Made by a program: the position numbers and the translations under genes. The notes below the pieces were generated by a model. The model was not told the origin of the DNA. It saw only the letters and a program-made list of their open reading frames with translations, and ran no database searches. A stretch of DNA of 63,809 nt, the filler included, from Stramenopiles sp. TOSAG23-3 (Eukaryota): assembly GCA_900128585.1 (NCBI GenBank). It is 11 parts of 11 records of this genome, joined end to end, with 100 filler letters (N's around TTAATTAATTAA, not from the genome) between each part and the next. Parts side by side here need not be neighbours in the genome. Positions count along the whole stretch, not along the records: positions 13,700 to 20,447 come from LT643261.1; positions 20,548 to 27,292 come from LT643262.1; positions 27,393 to 34,135 come from LT643263.1; 8 more parts are not named here. One strand, written 5' to 3'. Below are positions 18,433 through 31,148 of the stretch, one piece after another; position 1 is the first letter of the stretch, and every line of letters begins with the position of its first letter.

Positions 18433-19914
18433 TCAATGAATGCCGTTTTTCCTTGACCGCGCAAGCCAGCCTTGATCGTAGCTAACGGCCTTTCCATTCT
18501 TTTCGGGAAACATGGTCGCTGCTTTGCTGTCGACCGTCTTGTCCTCGAAGAAGCTCGTGACGTACATACTTGTGTAGAGCGCCTTGACGCAGTTGTTGCT
18601 GTCTTTAAAACCGAACCCGCCAATTTCCAAGGCTTTGCTGCAGTGCTCCTCCACGGCGTTTGCCAAGGAACGGCCGGTCTTTACGTTCTTCAACCCACTC
18701 ATCGACGGGATGGCCGATGGCGTGTTGTAGGAGAAGTCCGCGACGCTGACTTTGCTCTCCTTGAAGAATTTCGTGACGGCAGTCCAGAGGACGTCCTTGG
18801 CAAGGGCGCCTTCGAACTCTGCCTTGCATTTCTTGAACTGGTCCGAGTTGTGGCTTGCGTCCTGCTTTGCCCACTCGTCGGGGCCACAACCGTTGATTTG
18901 CCCCCAGTTCCCGATCTCGTTAAGCCCCCCGGCAACGCCACTGTATTCACTCCCTCCTTCGCCCTTCAGGCCGAGGAAGGAGATGACGCCTAGCCCAAGG
19001 ATCTTTCCCAGCTTTTCTTCTGGAACGATGTGGGTGAGCTGCTCCCTTTTCTTGAAGTTGACAAAATCTTTGTGGCAATCGCCTTGGATTTTTGGCTTGG
19101 TCTTGTCGGGCTTGCCGCCTTTCTTTGGGAACTCCTTGTTGAACCACCCCAGCTTCTTCTGCTTCTTGCACTTGGTCCTCTTGTCGTCCTCGCACTCTTT
19201 GGGAAGGAAGACATTGCCGCACCCGTTGAAGGCCTTCTTCACTTCCAGCTTCATGGCCCTGAACTGTTCCAAGGTCTTCTCGTCGAAGATGGGGATAGCA
19301 ATTTGGGCACTTGCGCCACCAATGGTGAACGAGCCGAAGTTCGGGTTTCCCGTGTTTGCCACCATCGCACCCCACTCAAAGTAGGCTTCTTTGGTGCCTG
19401 GGATAGTTCCGCAGAATCCACTGTCCGTGGTGGCGAACGTGAAATCGCCGTCCTTGTTGGACTCCCCGCATATGGACCCCCACACCTGTTTGTTTTCGTC
19501 TTGCGAGAGAAGGCGCATGCCTGCCGTCGCCATCATCGGGACTTTCTTTTTGTTGTCCGCGTCGGCGTTCAAACCCTTCAGCTGGGCCAGCAGCAAGTCC
19601 TTGTACTCTCCCGCCGTCGTGGGGTTGGGGGTAACCGGGCTCTTGCCCACCTTGTTTTCAAGCGTGCAGGCTTTGGTGCTCGCGTACAAGTAAGCCGAAA
19701 GACCTTTCAAGGTCTTCCCGGCGTCCACGGACGCCTTGTCGCAGTTCGTCAGGACCTTTTCGGACGCGTCCGGTCCATAGCTGAAGAGCTTGCTGCCACT
19801 GCTTCCTGCATCGACCATGACAAGCTTCGTCTCGGCCTTTACCAGAACGGCAGTGTAGGCAACAACAAGGAGTGCCACCAGCGACAGTTTCTGTGAGGAT
19901 AGTTGGTTTCCCAT
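18433..19914 (-). CDS. Secreted GDA1/CD39 family NTPDase (apyrase), divergent; true C-terminus possibly extends to 18339
   Basis: Signal peptide; ACR1 DAGSSGS, ACR2 ATAGMRLL, ACR3 GTKEAYFEW, ACR4 TIGGASAQI. Confidence 0.85.
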   Translation of the reverse strand: MGNQLSSQKLSLVALLVVAYTAVLVKAETKLVMVDAGSSGSKLFSYGPDASEKVLTNCDKASVDAGKTLKGLSAYLYASTKACTLENKVGKSPVTPNPTTAGEYKDLLLAQLKGLNADADNKKKVPMMATAGMRLLSQDENKQVWGSICGESNKDGDFTFATTDSGFCGTIPGTKEAYFEWGAMVANTGNPNFGSFTIGGASAQIAIPIFDEKTLEQFRAMKLEVKKAFNGCGNVFLPKECEDDKRTKCKKQKKLGWFNKEFPKKGGKPDKTKPKIQGDCHKDFVNFKKREQLTHIVPEEKLGKILGLGVISFLGLKGEGGSEYSGVAGGLNEIGNWGQINGCGPDEWAKQDASHNSDQFKKCKAEFEGALAKDVLWTAVTKFFKESKVSVADFSYNTPSAIPSMSGLKNVKTGRSLANAVEEHCSKALEIGGFGFKDSNNCVKALYTSMYVTSFFEDKTVDSKAATMFPEKNGKAVSYDQGWLARSRKNGIH

Positions 19915-20707
19915 GGTTTCGGTAATTGGTTAAAGTGTAAGATGCGAGTAATGCTTTAATTGATACGTTACGTTTCTTTCTTTCTTTCTTTTTTTCTCTC
20001 TCTTTCTTTGTTTTTCTTCTCTCTCTCTCTCTCGTCTTTCTCTACCATTCCAATTGCACCATTGGATTTCAATCGCACCAATGGAGTCCAATTCCAATCG
20101 TACCATTGGATTCCACCATTTTCAGCTCTTTCTATTTTACGTTCTTCTTTTTCTTTTTCATCATTTTTTAAAACGAATCTTTCCCTTCAGATAGGTCATG
20201 TATTTTCATATACTAAGCTTAAACATCACACAGCATCGTTTTTTGACATTTTAAGTGTACTTAAATATATGGTGTCAAATATAAAATATTCGTTGCTTAT
20301 GAATTCAAAACGACAAATAATGTACATGCTGCGCCCCTACTAAAACATTTTAAAGATGCTGTGACTATGTTAACAATCCCCCCTTTTTTTGAAGAAGAAT
20401 TTGAAACAAAAAAATGAAAACCTTCCTTCTTTTTAGATAGGAAAATGNNNNNNNNNNNNNNNNNNNNNNNNNNNNNNNNNNNNNNNNNNNNTTAATTAAT
20501 TAANNNNNNNNNNNNNNNNNNNNNNNNNNNNNNNNNNNNNNNNNNNNAACAAAAATAGCTTCCTTTCTTCTTGATTTATTAGTATTAGCGAGATCTGGGA
20601 TAAAGTGTCTATTCGTCTACCCAATCTTATTGCCGTTGTTTTTGAACAGAAGGTTACCGACCGACGCTGTCACCCTAAAACTATTATAATCATTAATTAG
20701 GATACTG

Positions 20708-22429
20708 ATGATGGCAGCTTCGAAAATACGACTGGGTCGTTGGCCCCTTTTCTTAGTCGTTCTACTTTTTGCTGCTCGGTCGACAACAGTGTCGGCGCGA
20801 CAGCACGCAACGGTGTACTTTAATAGCTCGGCACGTTTTCCGTTTTCTATCAAAATTGGCGTTACCGATTCGCTAAATGGGGTAGCGGTCGGAAGTTACG
20901 AGCCGAGGGGAATCCAGGAGGGCTGGGACAAGTTGAAAGTGCACGGGCTGAACCGCACCGATGCCAAGACTGCGGCCAAAGGCATGGGCTTTCTTGAGGG
21001 ATACATCACCCAAGCTTCCATTTACAACATATCGCAAAACAATTACGCGGACTGGTTTTCGGACCAAGAGAGCGATAACCACCCTGGCCCAGTGTTCGAT
21101 TGGCTGGAAGAAAATTACGAGTGGATGAAGGGGGAAACGGCTAGGCAGCTGCAGCGTCAGGGGATCGACGGCCTGTCGGGGTCGCCCCCTGCCGCCTATT
21201 GGACGACGGTTGACCTGCTCACTGCGCAATTCGAAGGGATGATGCTTGGTTACAACCAAAAGGCACCGAAAAAGGAACGGCTGACCCGCGAGAAATTCTT
21301 ACTATTGAACTCGGACGGTGATGTCGAGTCTATTGTAAACCTTCCGTCTGTCCATGATGCCTTGGCCAGGCTCAACATTACCGCCAAGGCGGTCAAACGA
21401 AAGCAGGCGGAGCGGTGCTCGGCGATTTGGAAGTACGACTCGGTGGCCAGGGAGATCTACTTTGGGCATACAACGTGGGACAACTTTGACATGGCAAGCG
21501 TTCGCCAGCTGAAGAGTTACAAGTACGAGTTTGCGGGGATGAAGGCCGTGGAGGTCAGCATGTCGTCCAGCCCCGGGTTCCTTAGCTCCGTCGACGACTT
21601 TTATTTGACATCGAACAAACTGGCAGTGATTGAAACCACAAATGGGAATTTCAACAAAAAACTGTGGGGCAAGGTAACCACAAAGAGCGTCCTGTCTTGG
21701 GTTCGCTCCATGGTTAGCAACGTGCTGGCCGAGGGCACAAAAGAATGGACGGATATGTTTTGCTTGGAAAATAGTGGCACGTACAACAACCAATGGATGG
21801 TCCTGGACTTGGAGCAGTTCAAGGAATTCCAATCTGACCGAAGCATGGAGCACCTGCCCGCGGACACCTTTCGCGTCTTGGAGCAGCTTCCTGGAACGTG
21901 CGCCACAGACGACATGACTGCGCACCTGGAGTCCGACGGGTACTGGGCATCGTACAACATTCCCTTTTTTTACAGCGTGTGGAAGGACAGCGGGTTTGGC
22001 ACGAAAACGCCCAAGACCTATTATTCCCACGACGACTGCCCGCGCGCGAAAATGTTCGCCGCAAGGAACGGGAAAGTTGCGGACCTCGACGGCGTCAAAT
22101 CCTTGTTACGGTACAACGATTTTAAAAACGACCCAAACGCCGATGGGAACGCATGTTTTGGCATTTCTTCCAGGTGCGATCTAAACCCTACCGCCTCCAA
22201 ATCGTTTCGGTTAGAGGGTGGGATCGATAGCAAAGCGACGACCGCATCGTTGGCGTACAACATGATTTTTGTTGCACAAAATGGCCCTACGCATGACAAC
22301 CAGCCACCATTTAACTGGACTTTATGGGAGCAAGCAACGGCGCCCCCGCCAGGGTACAGCAAACTTCCTGTTCACACAGGTGCACCAGAGTCCTTCAATT
22401 TCGATTGGATCGGATTTGGAGGACATTAG
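20708..22429 (+). CDS. PLBD: Phospholipase B-like lysosomal Ntn-hydrolase
   Basis: Signal peptide; GFLEGYIT, RCSAIWK (N-terminal nucleophile Cys), GHTTW, SSSPGFLSSVDDFY, ETTN, NSGTYNNQW, WASYNIPFF, LRYNDF, GGIDSK. Confidence 0.92.
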   Translation: MMAASKIRLGRWPLFLVVLLFAARSTTVSARQHATVYFNSSARFPFSIKIGVTDSLNGVAVGSYEPRGIQEGWDKLKVHGLNRTDAKTAAKGMGFLEGYITQASIYNISQNNYADWFSDQESDNHPGPVFDWLEENYEWMKGETARQLQRQGIDGLSGSPPAAYWTTVDLLTAQFEGMMLGYNQKAPKKERLTREKFLLLNSDGDVESIVNLPSVHDALARLNITAKAVKRKQAERCSAIWKYDSVAREIYFGHTTWDNFDMASVRQLKSYKYEFAGMKAVEVSMSSSPGFLSSVDDFYLTSNKLAVIETTNGNFNKKLWGKVTTKSVLSWVRSMVSNVLAEGTKEWTDMFCLENSGTYNNQWMVLDLEQFKEFQSDRSMEHLPADTFRVLEQLPGTCATDDMTAHLESDGYWASYNIPFFYSVWKDSGFGTKTPKTYYSHDDCPRAKMFAARNGKVADLDGVKSLLRYNDFKNDPNADGNACFGISSRCDLNPTASKSFRLEGGIDSKATTASLAYNMIFVAQNGPTHDNQPPFNWTLWEQATAPPPGYSKLPVHTGAPESFNFDWIGFGGH

Positions 22430-22977
22430 TAGGATACAAATATTATACTATTATATATACTATCTAAAATAATATTTACTATTACCTATTATAAATTATT
22501 ATAAGTACAAATTATTTACACTTTATACAACAACAGACATCTCCTCCTTATGACTATATATACAATACACAACAACATCACACAGCAAGGGTTCTATTTT
22601 TACTTCTTCTCTCTTTTTCTTCTTTTTCTTTTTCTTCTTCTTTCTTCTTTCTTCTTTCTTCTTTCTTCTTTCTTCCTTCTTCTTCCTTCTTTCTTCTTTC
22701 TTCTTTCTTCTTTCTTCTTCCTTTTCTTCTTTTCTTCTTTTCTTCTTTTCTTCTTCTTCTTCTTCTTTTTCTTCTTTTCTTTTTCTTCTTCTTCTTCTTT
22801 TGTTTATTATTACGAACTAAGAAGAAGAAGAAGACGAAAGACCAGGCTTTGCTTTTAGCAAGCTGTCGATCTCATGTAAGAGTATGAAAGAAAGGGAGCA
22901 TGAAAAACAAACGCAAATAAGGGTTGTGACCTACTGCCGATCTGTTTTGCCAAACAAAGATTATAGTATTTTTAACA

Positions 22978-23718
22978 ATGTTGTCGAATTGTCTTGCCAC
23001 CACCTTCTTTCTTGCGTGTGCCTTTGTCCAGGCACATGGGAACGCCACCCCTTCTCCGCCGACCTTCCCAACTCGTTTCTCTGCCCGTATACATGAAGTA
23101 GAGAAGCAGGTGGGCGGTGGGTACAAGTCCGTAGACTGCGATTTGCACTGGGATGCAGAAAAGAAAATGACCGCGTACCGAAACTGCGGGAAACCGCTGA
23201 AACCAGGTGGCAAAGGTTCACAAATGCAAATGGTCCTCCGATTTAACGATACGCATAACGAAGGAAACTCAGGGACGGTGTACTTTGTTTACGGGTACGG
23301 CCCAGCTGGGAATACGTGCAACTTCTGGTGCGACCTTCAAGGCACAGAGCAATGCAACCTCCAAGAATCCTTGTGCCAGTACGACTACGTTGCGCACGCA
23401 AAGTACAACGAGACGATCTCATTGAATGGCACTAAAGCCAACGTGTTCAAATGGGACGACAAGTTGGGGCCCATCTCTATGAACTCCTTGACATTGAACG
23501 TCAATGCCTTGCATGGTGCTGAACCGATCTCAATGCATCGTGATGTTCACCCATTTGGCAAAGAACTCGGCACAATCGACACTTACTTTAGCCAGTGGTC
23601 GCCAACCCCACCTGATTCTTCTGTATTTGATGTTCCAGGGATTGATCAATGCGCTGAAGGCCAAGGCGCTCAATGTCAAAATGCTCTCTTGAAATTCTCT
23701 CCGTCCTTCCGTGTTTGA
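22978..23718 (+). CDS. Secreted ependymin-related (EPDR/LolA-fold-like) protein
   Basis: Signal peptide, PPTFPTRFSA start, beta-rich body, conserved-looking Cys, C-terminal PDSSVFDVP..C. Confidence 0.55.
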   Translation: MLSNCLATTFFLACAFVQAHGNATPSPPTFPTRFSARIHEVEKQVGGGYKSVDCDLHWDAEKKMTAYRNCGKPLKPGGKGSQMQMVLRFNDTHNEGNSGTVYFVYGYGPAGNTCNFWCDLQGTEQCNLQESLCQYDYVAHAKYNETISLNGTKANVFKWDDKLGPISMNSLTLNVNALHGAEPISMHRDVHPFGKELGTIDTYFSQWSPTPPDSSVFDVPGIDQCAEGQGAQCQNALLKFSPSFRV

Positions 23719-24567
23719 AATAGTAATTGAAAAGTAGAAGAAAGAGTTTCAAGTTAAATTAACCAATAATATTTGAACATGGATAATAATAAAATCCAAC
23801 AAAAAAGGATGATGCAAAAACTAGTTAAGGTTGATTAATATAGACGACTGTGAATTATATAGAGCTGAACTAATGGAATAAGCCACAACTTATACAAACA
23901 TCTATAATTCCTTAAATTGGACTGATTTCATCTTTTGATCTTTGAGATCCTCTCTAATATTTTAAATTACATGCTGTGATGATAAGAAGAAGATGAGATT
24001 AGGAGATCCTTGTCATTTCCCGGGAAGAAAGGAAGAAAGAAGAAAAAAGTTCTATTTTATTTTTACTATACAAATATATATAGGACATTACATTACAAGT
24101 ACAACAAACATTGAAGTAAAATTCTTAACTATTGTACTTGTAATGTACAATGTCCTATATAAATTCGTATAGTGAACATAAAATAGAACTTAAAAAGTAC
24201 AAAAGAAAAGACCTCCACCCCTTCCAGTTTTAAGGATTTATATATACAAGTAATAAATAAATATACACTTTCTACTTACTATTCAATGATACATCATAAT
24301 TGATATATTAGTTATATTACTTAATATATTGTGCGTGATTGAGAAGAAGAAGAATAGAAGAAGAAGAAGAAAGAAGACAACACCACCCTCTCTTCTTCTT
24401 CACCCGTACATGAAGTATTCACTTCTTTGTTTGGATTGTGAACGAAAGAAAGAAATATACCAAAACATTAACACCAGAAGAGTACATTCTTTATAACTAC
24501 ATCAGCCCAAAAGAATATTGTATATACACTTACTTTGCACTGAAAGTTTATACGAAAGAACTTATAA

Positions 24568-27225
<2,658 letters not shown>

Positions 27226-27396
27226 TTAAATTTTAACGAACTAGAAAGAAAGTACGCACGCGAACTCTTGTTTTTTTTAACATTTTGAAGGTNNNNNNNN
27301 NNNNNNNNNNNNNNNNNNNNNNNNNNNNNNNNNNNNTTAATTAATTAANNNNNNNNNNNNNNNNNNNNNNNNNNNNNNNNNNNNNNNNNNNNTGAG

Positions 27397-29643
27397 ATGT
27401 CGAAGGATCCCCCGGCAGCCGACACGGCAGCCGACGTTGCCGTGCCCGAAGCGGAGGAAAAGGTTGCCGACAATGCCGAGAACGATTGGGGCGATTTTAA
27501 TTCAGAGGAAACCCCAGCCGCGCCAACAGGTGAAGAAGATAGTGCTACCAGTGCGGCGGGCGACGGCGCTTGGGGTGATTTCAGCACAGAGGAAGTTCCT
27601 GCGCCTGCACCAGTTGAAACGGGAGCAGGGGGCAACGAAAATGGGGGCGACGCTTGGGGCGACTTCAACACAACGTCAATGGAAGACGCTTCGCCCAATG
27701 AAGCGGAGGATGCGGATTGGGGTAATTTTGAATCGACGGAGGGTGGTAACAAGGAGCCGAACGGGGGGGCTGGGGAAGTTAGCGGAGGCGAAGAAGAATT
27801 TGAGTTTGGCGATGATGATTTTCAAAATTCAAACGAAAGTCTGGAGGTGGAAGAAGGGGGCGACGGCGAAGACGACGACTGGGGAAATTTTGCAGAGAGC
27901 GAATCGTTTTCACCGGTGGAAGTTTCGCCTAAAATTCAAACTATTCTAACGCTCGAGGAATCCAAGTTTCACGAATTGACTACGTCTGTGTTTGGGAAAG
28001 GATTTGATAAAATTTCTAGCGAAAGCGGGTCGAAAGATACAGAGGTATCGGAGGCCATGTCCTCACAATTTTTGATCGACCTGTTGAGGGCGGGGCAAGG
28101 TCGGTCCAGCTCCGGATTGCTGTTTTGGGGACCGTCCAAATGCTTATCTTGCGGATGTTTGCTTCGGTTCATGTCGAAAAATTGTATAGTGTGCGGAAAG
28201 TCGACGGGAATGCTGGATTGGAAAGGCCGTGGTAAAGTAGGATCTATTGTTGAGAATAGGTTGCGCTCTGCGCTGCGTCTGCCCAAAGGCTCAAAACTCC
28301 AGCAAGACGAAGAAGACGCGTCTAAATTGTCCAAGTTTTCACCAAGCTTGACGCCCCGAAAAAGTGTCGAGAGCAGCCCGAGCGGGAACGGCCCAATGCC
28401 AAGTTTGAACATAAATGACAACGACGACGAGGAAGGCGCCAGCCTGTTCAATCTTAGCGAAACCAGTGTAGTAAATTCGAACGTCAATAGCGCACAGTCG
28501 GATCTATTTTCTGCATTTCAAAGCGCGCCGTCTCCCGTTCGAGGTGGCAGTGGCAGGGGCCCGTCAAACGACGTCTTTAGCACTTTTATCGGCATGGAAC
28601 CTGCCAACCCCACCGCTAACAACGACTCGAATGTGGATTTATTAAGCCAAACGCTGGCAGACTTTGGAATAAGCGCACCCACCAATTCGGCTGAGAACAA
28701 AGCGATGGATGCAGGCAAGGGCATCTTGGCTACCGAGGGGAATTCCCCAGTTCCAAATGCAATTGAAAAGGGCGGTGAGATGGGCAAGGCTTCTATGGCG
28801 CCCCAGGAAAGCGCATTAGATAGCGTTTTGAAGGTTCTCTCGTCACACGCAGAGTCAAACAAAAAGTCGAGAAGAACGAATGGTGATAGAAACGAACTGC
28901 CGCCCGAAGTTCAAAAGCTGATAGACGAATTAGTCGTACCAAACTACATGTTGTCGAACGTTCTCGCCCTCCCGATGCAGGCGACAGAGGAAAAAAACGA
29001 CGTTTTTGATGGCATTGATGTGCCGGCAAGCCCACCGGTACCAGAAGTTGCTCCCACGGAGCCCTTGGCTGTTTTGACTACGGCAAGTGCCTCGGACACA
29101 AAATTTACGGAGGGAAGTGCGAATGGTTTAATAGACAATAAGGTAGAGCAGCCGTCGTTACAAAGTCTTGGCGCACAGGTTTTAGCAGAACCAGCTGAAA
29201 AATCGCTCCTGCCTTCTTTCGGCGAACCTGTTGCGGATGAAGCGGAAAGTGTAGGTATGGCGAACCCAGAAGATACTGCAACTATCACAGTAGTCAAAGA
29301 ACATTTCCCCTCAGCATCTTTAGACGCGGGCAACGGCCGCACAGAACCCGTAGTTTCTGCAGAAGAAGTGCCAGGCGATGATTGGGGCGACTTTAACGAT
29401 TCGCCGGCAGGGGAAGAGGAACAGGGAAGCGGGGAGCCTGTTGCTACGGCGGAGTCCCCCGCCGCTGATCTTACAGAGTTCGGCGCGGGCGAAAAGGCTG
29501 GGGGGGCAGCTCGTGTTGATGTGGAGAACAGCTGTGGTGATTTTAGCACGGGAGAAGAGCCTGTTTTCGAACCGACCGAATCGCCCAAGGAAGAAGACAC
29601 TGCGACCAATGAAGCCGACGACGATTGGGGAGATTTTCAGTGA
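27397..29643 (+). CDS. Aftiphilin/gamma-synergin-like AP-1 accessory protein
   Basis: Seven acidic WG[D/N]F gamma-ear-binding motifs; CxxC-x10-CxxC; LIDELVVPNYMLSNVLALP resembles the aftiphilin/synergin C-terminal LPDLSFM..VLMFP motif; ATG is 4 nt from the contig start, so the N-terminus may be incomplete. Confidence 0.65.
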   Translation: MSKDPPAADTAADVAVPEAEEKVADNAENDWGDFNSEETPAAPTGEEDSATSAAGDGAWGDFSTEEVPAPAPVETGAGGNENGGDAWGDFNTTSMEDASPNEAEDADWGNFESTEGGNKEPNGGAGEVSGGEEEFEFGDDDFQNSNESLEVEEGGDGEDDDWGNFAESESFSPVEVSPKIQTILTLEESKFHELTTSVFGKGFDKISSESGSKDTEVSEAMSSQFLIDLLRAGQGRSSSGLLFWGPSKCLSCGCLLRFMSKNCIVCGKSTGMLDWKGRGKVGSIVENRLRSALRLPKGSKLQQDEEDASKLSKFSPSLTPRKSVESSPSGNGPMPSLNINDNDDEEGASLFNLSETSVVNSNVNSAQSDLFSAFQSAPSPVRGGSGRGPSNDVFSTFIGMEPANPTANNDSNVDLLSQTLADFGISAPTNSAENKAMDAGKGILATEGNSPVPNAIEKGGEMGKASMAPQESALDSVLKVLSSHAESNKKSRRTNGDRNELPPEVQKLIDELVVPNYMLSNVLALPMQATEEKNDVFDGIDVPASPPVPEVAPTEPLAVLTTASASDTKFTEGSANGLIDNKVEQPSLQSLGAQVLAEPAEKSLLPSFGEPVADEAESVGMANPEDTATITVVKEHFPSASLDAGNGRTEPVVSAEEVPGDDWGDFNDSPAGEEEQGSGEPVATAESPAADLTEFGAGEKAGGAARVDVENSCGDFSTGEEPVFEPTESPKEEDTATNEADDDWGDFQ

Positions 29644-29830
29644 ACTGTGAAGCAAAGATAAAACACTGTGGGGAGAAATTTGCGAAATCTTAATATTTAT
29701 TTCTACGTTTAAAATGAGAGTCTTAAAACATACTATATAATTTGGTTTTTTTTTATTTCTACGTCGTCGTATTATACTTCACGCATGTACACTCTTGTAT
29801 AAACGTTTTTGTGCATGCATCTTTTCATTG

Positions 29831-29900
29831 CTCGCTTTTCATCAGGTGCAAGTTGCAGTTCCATTAATTTTGTTTTTCTACAACACACCATCATCCCGAG
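29831..29900 (-). promoter_or_regulatory. Eukaryotic SECIS element in the 3' UTR of the deiodinase-like gene
   Basis: Minus strand CUCG-GG-AUGAU-GGUGUGUUGUAG-AAAAACAAAAUUAAUGGAA-CUGCAACUUGCACC-UGAU-GAAAAG-CGAG: AUGA/GA core, 12-bp helix II with a UU bulge, A-rich apical loop, short helix I. Confidence 0.85.
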
Positions 29901-29945
29901 AGCTTTTCAAGACGGGGGGAAAATACATTCGCGCCATCGCTAACT

Positions 29946-30593
29946 TTACGCGTCGATGTTTTGAGACAACCACGTGTCCACCTCTTCTGGCAAATACCCA
30001 TCTGGCCCAAGGTCGCCTTTGTAAGCAACTGTTTTGTCTTTTCCAATAACGTACAACCTTTCGGGCCAGCTGGCAAACGCCTGTTGTGCATCATTGGCCA
30101 TGCTATCCACAACAACTTCCATGTCACCGTGCAACCGCGTGGCAAATTTCGAGCAAATTTCGAAGCGATCTTCGATAGTTTTCGGTTGTTCAAAGCACAC
30201 ATCGGTATACAATTTCCATTCATCTGAAGCATGCGCTTCTGATATATATACTGCCAGAAAATCGACCTTTGAACGAAACTTCTCATAGATGCCAGTCAAC
30301 ACCCTGCTCTTTTTTCTCCACGGGCGTCAGCTGAAACTTCCAAAAGTCAAGACTAAAGGGCGCCCCTCGTTGGAGTATGTAGTAAGGGAAACCCTCTCTT
30401 TTTTGGCATTATATACCGAAACCGTCGGCATTTCGTCGCCTACTTTTAAGTCTCCTTCCGTTCGAATATCGTATTTGGCCAGAACCTTCTCCGAGAACGG
30501 CCCACTTTCTAGGTTAGCAACGTCCTCCACGTAATCATCCTTTTCAAAAAGTAAGTTGAATTTTCCTTTCGCCTCTTCGAAAGAGGCGGCCAT
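29946..30593 (-). CDS. DIO: Iodothyronine deiodinase-like selenoprotein (215 aa, Sec at UGA 30327-30329)
   Basis: ORFs 30327-30593 and 29946-30302 are in frame: RPLVLTFGSFS-U-RPW...FLAVYISEAHASDEW...VVDSMANDA...FASWPERLYVI...YKGDLGPDGY; SECIS downstream. Confidence 0.92.
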
Positions 30594-31148
30594 TATATTC
30601 GTATTATTATCCCCCTCCTCAAAGAATTATACAAAAGTAGAAAAACGGGCTGCTTGTTCTGAAAATCCTCTTATATTAACTGCACGACTAGTCCATCATA
30701 TTCACCAGTTTCACATTTGATTTTTGCAAACCATTTCATTAATAAAAGGAGTGAGAGTAATCTAAACAGTAGTAGTATTTTTGCCATCAAGAATTCTGTA
30801 GGGGGGATGGTTGAAGAAGGAAGAAGAAGAAGAAGAAAGAAAGAAGCTTCTTCTTCTTCCCCACTTTTCTTCCTGCCGGCATTTTTTTGGTGCTTACGCA
30901 ATACTATCTTCCTACTAAAATTACATAACTAATAAATTATTAATACTATTTTTTAATTATATTCAAATAGTTATTTTATCTATACAACGAATTCAATTAT
31001 TCAAAAAAAGAAGAAAAATTTCATGATTTTAAACATTAGGCATCATTCCTTAATCAAATAAACCAAGAGGAGTCTCTGATTTTATTACAGTAAGTGGTGG
31101 GCAGGCAAGAATACCCAAAGAGATCATAGAAGCAGTTCTCCCTCCTAA

